64,000 bases of DNA from Lama glama (Eukaryota): assembly GCA_028534125.1 (NCBI GenBank), contig CM052841.1, forward strand, positions 67,642,001-67,706,000. The letters are read 5' to 3'. Of the stretch, positions 12,992 through 23,039 are shown piece after piece. The notes below the pieces were generated by a model. That model was not told where the DNA came from. It did not search any database and worked only from the letters and a program-made list of their open reading frames with translations. A program made the translations under genes and the position numbers. How positions within the stretch are numbered: the stretch's first letter is position 1; each line of letters starts with the position of its first letter.

Positions 12992-13807
12992 TGGGGGTCT
13001 GGAACCCACCTGCCCTGCCCTTAGACCTGGGCCATTGCGCACAGAGGAGCCGGCTCCTCAGTGCCCCCCGGGGCCCCCCTGACAGCGGACAGTGTCACAG
13101 CTGCGCCAACCATAGTCCCTCAGAACACGAGGGTCAGAGCGTGAGGACCCTGGGGTGAAGACTTCGTCCAGCCACGGTGCCACTGGCGTCTTAGAACCCA
13201 GGACAGGAGGGACTGGGCCACTGCCGCTTGGGCCCCACCCCAGCCCTGATTCCACGTCCCACCAGGTCTTCCCTTAGAGGCTGAGGCTCAGGGAAGAGAG
13301 ATTTGTCTCCAGCCCCTGTCCTCTGTCAGCCCCCAAGAACACAACTCTGCACAGCCCCGGGGAGAAGACGGCGGGGGCGCCGGCCTGTGACGGGTCCTGG
13401 GCAGGCAGCAAAACCGCCTGGCTCCTCCCCTCCAGGGCCCCACGCCCGACGCCTGAGCCGCCCCATCGAGTGCGTGCTGGGCCTCCCCGGGTAAAGGAAA
13501 GACTAAGGCGGCCCCCCTGCGTGGGCCGTGAGCCCTCCGCAGGCCAGTCCCGGAAAACGCGTGCTTTGGAGGTAGTGTGACGTGTCCGTCAAATGAATAC
13601 GCGAGAGGAATTTCAGGTGTGGCGGGAGGACCCGTGGGAAGTGGGCTTCGTCCATCCGTCGTATAACCGGGACCTTCTACATGAACTTGCAGGAAGTTCC
13701 CCTGGAAGCCAAGTTCAGACATTGCTTAGGAGTTTACCCAGATTCCCATCTCCCACGCCTGGAGGCAGAGGCGCCTCTGCTGGGCCCTGAAAACCTCCTT
13801 CCGACAG

Positions 13808-13940
13808 GCACCAGTGAGCTCCGGGTGGGCCTCATGGAATTGGAGGGCAACCGCCAACTTGCCAGTAGCAGGCGTTCAAGATGGCGAGCGAGGCGGAGAC
13901 GCGCAGGCTGGTCCTGGGGCCTTTGTCCGGGGCGGGGCAG
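13808..13940 (+). pseudogene. Ficolin pseudo-exon, third fibrinogen-domain exon
   Basis: GTSELRVGLMELEGNRQLA / FKMASEAETRRLVLG / FVRGGAG versus ficolin [46 protein letters not shown]. Two 1-bp deletions; donor changed to GCGAG. Confidence 0.92.
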
Positions 13941-14466
13941 GCGAGGTCTGCATGGGGCGCGGTGGCCTGGGCTGCGGTGCGGCTCCGGGCCCGGGGAGCA
14001 GAGGGAGCCCGCTCAGGGTCCCGGCTCTGCCTCTTCTGAGATGGTGGCGGGCACGGAGCACCGCCAGCGCCTGAATCCACATGATGAGGTGACACGGTGT
14101 ACTCCCAAGTGCACCCATGAGGGTGATGCGCAAAGCCCAGCAGGCGGGGGCGTTACTGTTTATCACCAGCCCTGATGAAGACGCGGAAGGATGGCAAGTC
14201 GGCACGCCCCCCTGAGGGCTCCCTCCTCCGGCCCTGGGGCTCTGCCTGAGGAGCGGACGAGCTCCTGGGCCACAGTGGCCCCCATCCGAGTGGAAGGGTG
14301 CCCTTAGCCGGCAGCGGCAGACCGATGAGGGGGTCCCAGGGCGACTGTGTCAGCAGAGGGTGTTCACTGGGGTCGTGGGGGTGGCAGCCCTGGACATGAC
14401 AGCCCTGACCTGGACCCAGCACCCAGGACTTCCTAGCCCTGAGTGCCTGTGGGGCCGCTTTTCCAG

Positions 14467-14790
14467 GCGATTCCCTGATGTCCCACAACAACCACGCCTT
14501 CTCCACCAAAGACAAAGACACAGACAAAAGTGATGTGAACTGTGCGGAGCAGCACCTGGGGCCTGGGGGGACCACAGCCGTCACGAGTCAGCACCTGGGG
14601 CCTGGGGGGACCACGGCCGCCACGTGTCAGCACCGGGGGGCTGGGGGGACAACAGTTGTCACGTGTCGAGCCTGAACGGCCGTTACCTCGCGGAACCCCA
14701 CAAGACTTTGCAAACGACGTCAACTGGAGGTCGGGGAAAGGGCCCAACCACAGCTACAAGTGGTAGGAGGTGAAGGTGCGGGCCACCTAG
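14467..14790 (+). pseudogene. Ficolin pseudo-exon, terminal exon
   Basis: GDSLMSHNNHAFSTKDKDTDKSDVNCAEQH...NSCHVSSLNGRYL...FANDVNWRSGKGPNHSYKW*EVKVRAT*. Two frameshifts, premature TAG at 14764-14766 and the ancestral stop at 14788-14790. Confidence 0.95.
14550..14666 (+). repeat. Tandem repeat, 3 x 39 bp, inside the ficolin terminal pseudo-exon
   Basis: Units 14550-14588, 14589-14627 and 14628-14666, consensus CAGCACCTGGGGCCTGGGGGGACCACAGCCGTCACGTGT. Confidence 0.95.
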
Positions 14791-15858
14791 GCTGGCCAGG
14801 GCCAGTGGGGGCAGCTGGTCCAGAGCCCTCCCCAGGAAGGGACCGCGGGGCGCTGCACCACCATCCCCGTGGGAGCGGAAGAGTTGAGCCCTGTTCCCTG
14901 GCGTGCCCTCCCTTCCTGGAGGGCGCGCGTCTCACCCCGGAGCCCGTCCCCCCTTGCTCCTCGTGCTGGCGCTCAGCCAGGGCAGGACAGAGCGGTGCGG
15001 GCCTGGGGAGCTGGTGCAGGGGAGGACGGCCCTTCCTGCCCCCGGAACCTGAGAGCGGGGCCAAAGCGCTCCCCTCCAGGGCCCGGGGGGGCCCCACGGC
15101 GGAACAGTCGTCTTTGTCCTTTTGCGGACCTGGGGCGATGACAGTGCCCGGATGGGTGTGGGAGCTCGTCACTGAGCGTGTGCGTCGCTCCTCCCACTCC
15201 GGCCCTGGGTTTGATGCGCAAACTTCTAGGGCAGCAAAGAGCCCACGACACCCCAGGGCCCACAGTCGGGGGTGATCAGGTGCGGGGGCTCCCCCATGTG
15301 CCGCCCCCCCCCGCCCGCTGCACCTCCCTTTCACAGAGGCCGCGCCTCCAGCGGAGGAGACAGTGCCCACCGGCGCAGCTGGGAAGGCAGCCGGAGCTTC
15401 AGCCCGCGCCTCGACCTTTCAGGCCTGAAGGATTCTCCTGGAAGGACCCTCCCCTCCAGAAACCTTGATTTCTTAAGTGCTGCGCTGTTACCGTAGGGGC
15501 AGAGCTGCACCGCCGGCCGCGGAGGCGTGCTCAGCGCGGCCGGCCTGAAACTGCTTCAGCGGTAGCTTAGAACCTGCGTAACCGGGAGCTGGGCTAGGAG
15601 CTTTTTCTTTTTCAAACGATTTTGGTAAGTATTTAATTTGAGCCTTGCTGTAATTTATTTATAAATACTCCTTTGCTTTCAGGACTTGCCAAGACTTATT
15701 TTTTAAGTGTTTATAGAAATGCGGCCAAAGGTCATTGGGGCAGCAAGGGGCTGGTGGAACCAACCGCCTGCGGCAGTGAAGCCCCTTGTATTATACGTGC
15801 ACGTGCATCGGACGCACGCGGGGGCCACCGGAGGACAGACGACCTTGGTGGGGGGAGT

Positions 15859-16064
15859 CCGTGGGCGTGGGCGTCGCCCACCCCTCCCCAGCTGGCCCAG
15901 ACCTCCTCCCAGCAGCCTCTGCCTGCTTCCAGGACTGCCCTCCACGGCCCAGGCGCCTTCCCCCAGGCTGGGCCATGGCTGCTCTGTTGAGGGTGTTGGG
16001 AGCTGGGACACAGGACAGGAGGACACGAGGCAGGAGGGCAGCACCCCCTGGAGAGGGCAGGGCC
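15859..16064 (+). repeat. Dispersed direct duplication, copy 1 (paralogous to 26335-26687)
   Basis: Shared blocks such as cccctcc(c/a)cagctggccc(a/g)gac and ccaggctgggcc(a/c)tgg...gagggtgt(t/c)gggagctg...ggaggacac. This copy lacks ~150 bp present in the other. Confidence 0.8.
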
Positions 16065-16477
16065 CCAGCGGAGGCTCTGCTTCCTCGTGCCCAGGGTGTG
16101 CCCTGTGGGGTCAGAGCCGGAGCCAGCCTGTCAGCCTCCTTTGTGTCAGAGCCCACGAGGGATGCTGGCTCCCTCCGTCTCTCTCCTGGCCTGAGGAGCG
16201 TCACCCTCTCCCTCCAAGAAAGCTGAAGTTTGGGAGCTGTGGCTGGCCCCAGACCCTGGAACCAGCATGACACTCTTGCCCCAGCCCACCACAACCCACT
16301 TATCTCAGTCCCCTCCCCTCCTCTTCACCACTAGGTTACAAGCTGTCCCAACGATCCAACGCCTTGAGGGCGATTTACAAGAAAAGGACTTGGAAGGGGC
16401 CACCTGGTCACCTTCAGGCTCAGTTGGGTCCAGGTGGAGCACGAGGCTGCTCACCAGAAATGGGACACTTGTTTTGC

Positions 16478-16650
16478 TTTTTGGCTGCATTAATGAAGGC
16501 ATAGCGTCTAGAATGAGGGAGGGGAGAGCCATGCTCCTCTCTGCACAGGCCAAACCACACCTGTGCCCTGGGGTCTGAGTTTTGCACTTTGTAGCACTAA
16601 GGAGGGGGCATGCCTAGGAATGGGAGCAAAGAGCTGGAAATGACACTGGG
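16478..16650 (+). mobile_element. L3/CR1 LINE fragment
   Basis: ttggctgcattaatgaaggcatagcgtctagaatgagggagg...ctctctgcacaggccaaaccacacctg matches the recalled CR1/L3 ORF2 consensus. Confidence 0.65.
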
Positions 16651-16991
16651 AGAAGTGGCTGAAAGTGGGAGAGTCCAGCCCGCTTCAGAGGGGGAGCTGT
16701 GTGTGTGGGACAGTGACCCCATCCCCGGAGGACTGTGGTTGCCCGAGGACCTCAGGCTCAGCCCCCCATCCTTTCATCCCTCTGCACACAAGGTGCCTTC
16801 TGCCCTAAGTTTTCTGTCCTCTCCCAGCCCCCATGATCAGGAAGAGCGGGGGGCCCCTTGTCCTGGTCACCCTGGGTCCTCCAGGTTTCAGCACCAAACT
16901 TCCCACTTCCTGGGAAACCCCTCAGTCCTGGACAAACCAGGATGGTTGATCACCCCGAGAGGAGGCTCAGTGGCCATTAAGACTGCAGCCT

Positions 16992-17077
16992 GGGGGGGCT
17001 GTAGCTCAGTGGTAGAGCACGTGCTTAGTGTGCATGAGGTCCGGGGCTCAATCCCCAGTACCTCCAACAAGAAACAA
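16992..17077 (+). mobile_element. tRNA-Ala-derived SINE (Vic-1-like, camelid)
   Basis: gggggggctgtagctcagtggtagagcacgtgcttagtgtgcatgaggtccggggctcaatccccagtacctcca plus a short A-rich tail. Has an A box and a degenerate B box; matches the recalled camelid SINE consensus. Confidence 0.8.
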
Positions 17078-17489
17078 TTGTAACCCAGTCATTAGCAACG
17101 GAGGAAAACCCCAAACCTGGACCCTCTCTTCTCAAGGCCGGGGGGGGGGGCTTCTTTTCTTAGTTAATGAAGAAAGACAAAGCCGAGCTCTGACCCCACC
17201 CCCCACCTCGCAGAGTGCCTACCGGCTGCAGAGCCCCCTCTGGTGCGCAGGTGAGTTTATTCCCACCGTGAAGGAGGGCCCGGTCTGGCCGGGGGAACGA
17301 GGCGTCTCCCCGTGGTGCCCCTCACACGTCGTCAGCGAAAGGCTCGTGCAGACGGGCGCCCTGTGTTTCTTCTAGACCCGGCCTGAGGTTCAGGTCCTTC
17401 AAGGAGTCAGGACTCCGTCACCTCCCGCTGCCTGCCCGGCCTGGCTGGCTTCCACGTGTAAGTGCAAACACGGACGGAGCGGCTCTGTT

Positions 17490-18175
17490 AGTTAGTCCGT
17501 CTGTTACTGAGGTACACAGTTGGTTCACAGCGTTGTGCCAGTTCCTGGTGCGCAGCACAGCGATTCAGTTGTACGCGTGTGTATTCTTTCCCATTACAGG
17601 TTATTCCCAGGTGTGGGATGCAGTTCCCTGTGCTGCGCAGCAGGACCTTGCCGTCCGCCCGTTTTACGTGTCGTAGTTCGTCTCTGCTCATCCCAAGCTC
17701 CTAACTCATTCCTCTTCCTCTCCCCCCTCAGTTGTAAGTTTGTTCTCTGTGTCTGTGAGTCTGTTTCTGTTTTATAAATAAGTTCACTTGCGCCAAGTTT
17801 TAGACTCCACGTATGTATGATCTCACATGGTGTTTGTCTTTCTCTGTCTGGCTCACTTCACTTAGTGTGACCATCTCTGGGTCCACCCAGTTGCTGCAAG
17901 TGGCATTATTTTATTCTTTCTTATGGCTGAGGAGTATTCCATTGTATATATGTATAACCAGACCTTCTTTATCCCGTCATCTGTCTGGACTTTGAGGTTT
18001 CTTCCATGTCTTGGCCATTGTAAACAGTGCTGCTGTGAACACTGGGGTGCACGTGTCTTTTCAGATTAGAGTTCCCTCCGGATGTATGCCCGGGAGCGGG
18101 GCTGCCGGACCACAGGGTGAGTCTGTGTTCAGCTGTTGCAGGATTCTCCACGCTGTTTTCTGTAACAGCTGCACC
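17490..18175 (-). mobile_element. L1 LINE 3' end (cetartiodactyl type, 5'-truncated)
   Basis: Antisense L1 3'UTR/ORF2-end motifs: tttgttctctgtgtctgtgagtctgtttctgttttataaataagttca, tggcattattttattctttcttatggctga, ttccatgtcttggccattgtaaacagtgctgctgtgaac. Confidence 0.9.
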
Positions 18176-18959
18176 CGTACAGATGGCAGATTGACAGAGG
18201 TCACGCAGCCCCTTGTGGGACTGGCCCCTGAAACCCTGGCACCTTCTCCCAGCGCAGAGCCCCCAGGCCCCCGGCCCACCCACGTGTGCCCTGCGCTGCA
18301 GTGTGACGGCAGCTTGTCCCAGCAGCTGTCGCACACCGCCGTCCGATGCAGAACTGGCGTCAGAGGGGCAGTGCCACTGCGGCAAGGGTGAACCCCACGG
18401 CACCAGCCTGGCGGCCGGAGCGGGCGCTGGAGCGCCAGCGAGTTTTGCTTGCTCAGGGCGCTGCTCCTGGTGACTGGGAAGGCGGGTCCCCAGAGCACGC
18501 TCCGCAGGCCCGGGGAGAGAGCCTGCAAATGCGCGCCTTCAGCGGCGTGTGTCTGTCGGTGCTGGCTGTCGGGGGCTGGGGGGGCGTCACAAGGAGAGGA
18601 GCTTAGGGAAGAGCTGAGCCGCCTGCAGGCAGGAAACAGTGAGCCCGGGAGTCTGAGGTCGTACGAGGCTGGAAAACCCCTGGGCATTTCCGGACGCCAA
18701 ACAGCAAGAGGCGGAACTTTCTTCTAAAGCCGTCGAGTTCCAAAGACCAGCGAAGTATTTTCTGGAACAGAGCGACTCAGCCTTGGAAATAGGACAGATC
18801 CTTTCTGCCCGAGCTGGAGGCTCTAGGCAGGCCTCCCTGACTTGACGGATGCAGGGAGACGTGGAGGTAAAGTGGTACGAAGCGCAGTGAGCGCCGTATC
18901 GCCGACAGGCGGAGCCGGACGGCTGGGGGTCTGCTTCCCAGGTCCCCGCGGGGCGGACC

Positions 18960-19459
18960 NNNNNNNNNNNNNNNNNNNNNNNNNNNNNNNNNNNNNNNNN
19001 NNNNNNNNNNNNNNNNNNNNNNNNNNNNNNNNNNNNNNNNNNNNNNNNNNNNNNNNNNNNNNNNNNNNNNNNNNNNNNNNNNNNNNNNNNNNNNNNNNNN
19101 NNNNNNNNNNNNNNNNNNNNNNNNNNNNNNNNNNNNNNNNNNNNNNNNNNNNNNNNNNNNNNNNNNNNNNNNNNNNNNNNNNNNNNNNNNNNNNNNNNNN
19201 NNNNNNNNNNNNNNNNNNNNNNNNNNNNNNNNNNNNNNNNNNNNNNNNNNNNNNNNNNNNNNNNNNNNNNNNNNNNNNNNNNNNNNNNNNNNNNNNNNNN
19301 NNNNNNNNNNNNNNNNNNNNNNNNNNNNNNNNNNNNNNNNNNNNNNNNNNNNNNNNNNNNNNNNNNNNNNNNNNNNNNNNNNNNNNNNNNNNNNNNNNNN
19401 NNNNNNNNNNNNNNNNNNNNNNNNNNNNNNNNNNNNNNNNNNNNNNNNNNNNNNNNNNN
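18960..19459. other. Assembly gap (500 N, true size unknown)
   Basis: Run of N; same length as the second gap, so probably a placeholder size. Confidence 0.99.
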
Positions 19460-19550
19460 GGCCAGTGTCCCTGTCGCAGTTGGAGGGCCAGCCTGGCAGT
19501 GGGCTTTCCCACCTGTGTTTGAAAGTAGTCAGGTGAGGAGGCGACACAGG

Positions 19551-19673
19551 GCAGAGCCCTGGCCTTGGAGTCCGCCTTGCCCGAGGGCCGCCCCCCGTAC
19601 TGTGTGTCCTTGGGCAAATCACTCAACCTCTCTGAGCTCTGCCCCTTGGGCTCCCAAGTGAGGACAGGACTAG
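19551..19673 (+). mobile_element. MIR SINE fragment
   Basis: MIR core: tgtgtgtccttgggcaaatcactcaacctctctgagc. Confidence 0.75.
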
Positions 19674-22600
19674 GGCTGTGGGGAGATTTAGATTTAGATA
19701 ACACAAACTTTAAAAGTCTAGTACAATTCGTTTCAAAAGAGTTTCCTAAACAGTGGGTACTTTCAATAAATGGTAACAATAAATATTTATAAGAAACTTG
19801 GGGAATTGGAGTCAACATAACATTTTCACCCCAGACCTTGGGCCTGTGACCAGAGTTCCTGAGCAGGAAGGGGTCCATGTAGTTCCCCTGGAGAGGGGAC
19901 ACATTTGACCCCAGGGCACAGAACAAGTTCTAGGAGAACTGGGACCAGACAGGCATTTCCTTCTGTGGAAAAAATCGATTTTGTTGATTTCAAAAGTAAA
20001 ACATCCTCACATGAGGCGACGTAGAGACCGCGGGGTCGGCCACGCCGTCACCAGAGACGCCAGCCGAGGCGTCTTGGGTGCGTCTCTTGCCTGGCCTTCT
20101 GGGACTCCCTCCCCCAAGGGCGGGCTGGAGGGCACCGATCCTTCCGTAAATATGTCCTCAACCTGGGGGCACGAGGGGCTGGTCTGTCCTCACGGTCAGT
20201 CCCTCTCCAGTGTGGCCCCTCCGCCTGTGTGGGATCCGGAGGGAGGCCACGCTCCCTTGAGACCCCGATTCTGCAGATTCAGGTTTCTGTGCTCACGGAC
20301 CCCAGGTAAGCACGGGAGCCCCTGTACTGAACACTCTAAGGGCGTCTTTCCAGAAAGCCCCTGAGCAGAGGAGAAAAGGAGGGGCGTTCCCCCTCCTCAG
20401 AGGCCGAGCTGAGAGCCGGCTGGGACGCTCCGCGGGGCCGCCGCGGGCTTGAGAAGCAGACGGACCTGGGAGTAAGCCCCGCCCCTCCCCCTCAGACCTG
20501 TGTGACCTGTGTGACCTTGGGCCTGGCCTCCCCGGCCTGGAGGGTGAAGCGGAGATGTTGAGAGTCTTCGGAAGAAGATGCATGGAGAGAGTTTAACCTG
20601 GGATGCTATCCTCGGTCAATGAGTGGCCAGTTACTAGCTTCCAGGGACAGGAAACGCAGGTCCGTCTCACCTGGACAGGTGTGGGCAGCCTGGGCAGCCG
20701 GGGTCCTGAAGCACAGGAACCAGGGGAGCTGGCCAGCGGGCCCGGGGCCACGGCTACCCGCTCAGCTGCGTGTCCTCTGGTCTTCGACCTCGCTCCTGCA
20801 GGCAGAGGAAGCCACCCTCGTCTGTGCCCACTGGGACGCCCACTTCCTGCAAGCACTTGGATTAACCCAACAGGAGGTGCCAAACGCTCCTTCCAGCTGG
20901 GCCCCGTCGGGCTGCCCGCTGAATCAGGCTCACTTCCCCTGGCAGGAGGGCCCCCAGGACCCCTCTGTGGGAAAGTGTCGGCCTTGTCTGTGGCCTCAGG
21001 AAAGCCCAGCCCGCACACCCCTTCCTGTCACCCAGCCAGACCCAGACGCCGCCCTGCGCCTCGACGGGGCATAAGGAAGGGCTGGCTGAAGACAGCTCCC
21101 TCCCTCCTCTGAGTTCCAGAATACACCAGTGACTGAGGCAGCCACTGGGCACTTACCACAAAGGAAGGGAGAAAGTTCCGAGCCCTGACGTGCCAGATAC
21201 GACTCACGCCAGCCGCTAGCGCTCGGATTTCCCAGGTGGAAAACTGACGTCACATAGCGAGAACGGGCTAGGCGTCATCTCAGGCCTAACGCTCTGGGGA
21301 TCACCAGGTCTGTTCACCGCAGCTGAAGATGAGGCTGCGCCCCGTCCCCCCACATCCCAGAGGCTGTGCTTCACACCGTGTGCTGCGAAGCTTGCACTCA
21401 GCCTGAACACGAGGTGGGCGTTTTCTGAAGGGCTTCTGCAGACGCGTAGAAGTGCTCACTAAGGAGAGTCAGGTGGTGACCCCATGGGAGGAGCTGAGAG
21501 CAAACTGTCCCGTGGTTTGAGAATTCTCCAGGCTGGTCTGCGTGGGCTGGCCTTCCACCTGCACTAACCACCCGAGTACGAAAGAAGTGGGGCATGGCCA
21601 GACCAGAGGGCTAGCACAAGAGGGGACACGGAACCTCAGGTCCACCTCTGTGGGCACTGGAGTGACTCCAGACTTTGCAAATTTCTGTGCAGTGGCTCCA
21701 GCCCACTGAGACCGAGGGCGCAGACAAGCTGGACTGCCTTGGGTGCCATTCTGCCTCCCTGAGCTGCTGGATGGGGTGGCCTGTCCCCGCAGGACAGGTC
21801 CGGGTTCCATCTGTCAGGCAGGGGAGAGAGGCAGCAGCTCTCTGCCCTTCAGCCCCACCTGCGACCATGCCCGTTCCGTGCCAGGACGCCTCCTCTTCTC
21901 TGCTTCGTGACACAGTGACTGCAGGCGAGGTGTCGACAGCACGGTCAGCCAGCACCGTAACGCCCCTAGGCGTCTGTGGGCCTGTCTGTCAAGTTCAGAC
22001 GTCTGAAAGTTGGGTCAGTACAAGTCCTTTGACTTCTGGCAGCGGTTGGGTGTTTGGGGCCATCTGTTCTCATAAGGACTAACCGACAAACCATGACCAA
22101 AGTGATTTGCTTGAAGGCACAGCCAAGTCAACCATGTAGAAAAAGGCTTCTTTCTACGCTCTTGGAGAGACAGAACCTGGAGGGGGAAGCCAGCACGCGG
22201 GGCCTCTTTAATGCCGGTCCCCGAAAGACGGCTGAGAAACCAGCCGGCCACCTCGCCAGCTTTGCAGAGCTAAAGGTCAGGTGCGGGGGTCGAAGGTCTG
22301 TCAGGGGAGCGGGTTTGGGTAGAATCCAGGAGGGGTCCCCCTGGGAATAAGGGTGAGCCATCGCTGGCCAGCCTTAGCGTGGACTGCAAGCTGGTTTTGA
22401 GACGTCTGAGTGCCCAAGAGAAAGCGTCAGCTCCTGAGGTTCTGTTAAGGTCCTTCGAGATCGCCCGTGTCCCCTGCCTCAGCTAAACCGACGCTAACCT
22501 TCTCTGAAGGAGAAGCGCATCCTCCCAGGACTCACGTGATTTCTGCAGACGCGCACGTTGCTCACGTTAAGTGTCAGCGCGCTGGGAGGCAACCAGGTCC

Positions 22601-23039
22601 GCGAGGGTAAAAGACGCCCCTTGCAAGAACAAACAGAAAGAGCTGGCTGCAGAAACAGACGCCGAAGCTGGAGGGGCCGGAACGACAACACAGGTGCTGG
22701 TGCAGACGGAAACACAGCCTCAGGGGTGAGGAGCCAGCAGAGACGCTCAGAAGCACTGCCCGTGGTCAGAGCTGTGCCGCGCGAGCGGCACGGTCCGCGC
22801 CGGAAGGAAGGGAAAAGAGCTGCAGAGGAGCCGGGAAGAGGGGAGGGCACAGCTCGGGGGCAAAGCGCATGCGGGGCGCGCACAAGGTGCGGGCTCAATC
22901 CCCAGCGCCCCTGTTAGTAAGTAAGTTAGTAAATGGGTAAATAAACTTAATTACCTCCCCCTCCCCCAAAAGAGCCGTGAGATAAGGCTTTAAGAGGAGA
23001 GAGAACTGAAAAGGCGGCACACCGCCGCTATAATTTTCA

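Larger units (their letters stand above)
12660..14790 (+). pseudogene. Unprocessed ficolin (FCN1/FCN2-like) pseudogene, fibrinogen-domain exons
   Basis: Colinear ficolin exons with retained AG acceptors, in the syntenic position and orientation of human FCN2 downstream of COL5A1. Multiple frameshifts, degraded donors and a premature stop. FCN1 versus FCN2 orthology cannot be resolved by eye. Confidence 0.93.

Noticed and set aside
14550-14666. CRISPR-like array
   Set aside because: Head-to-tail repeats with no unique spacers, in mammalian DNA, derived from ficolin coding sequence.
16992-17066. Functional tRNA-Ala gene
   Set aside because: Anticodon loop is altered (cttagtg), the T-loop/B box is mutated (ggctcaa), and there is an A-rich tail with no oligo-T terminator; it fits a SINE.
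18777-19926. Long ORFs spanning the first N-run (and 60617-61169 at the second)
   Set aside because: Artefacts of translating through assembly gaps.
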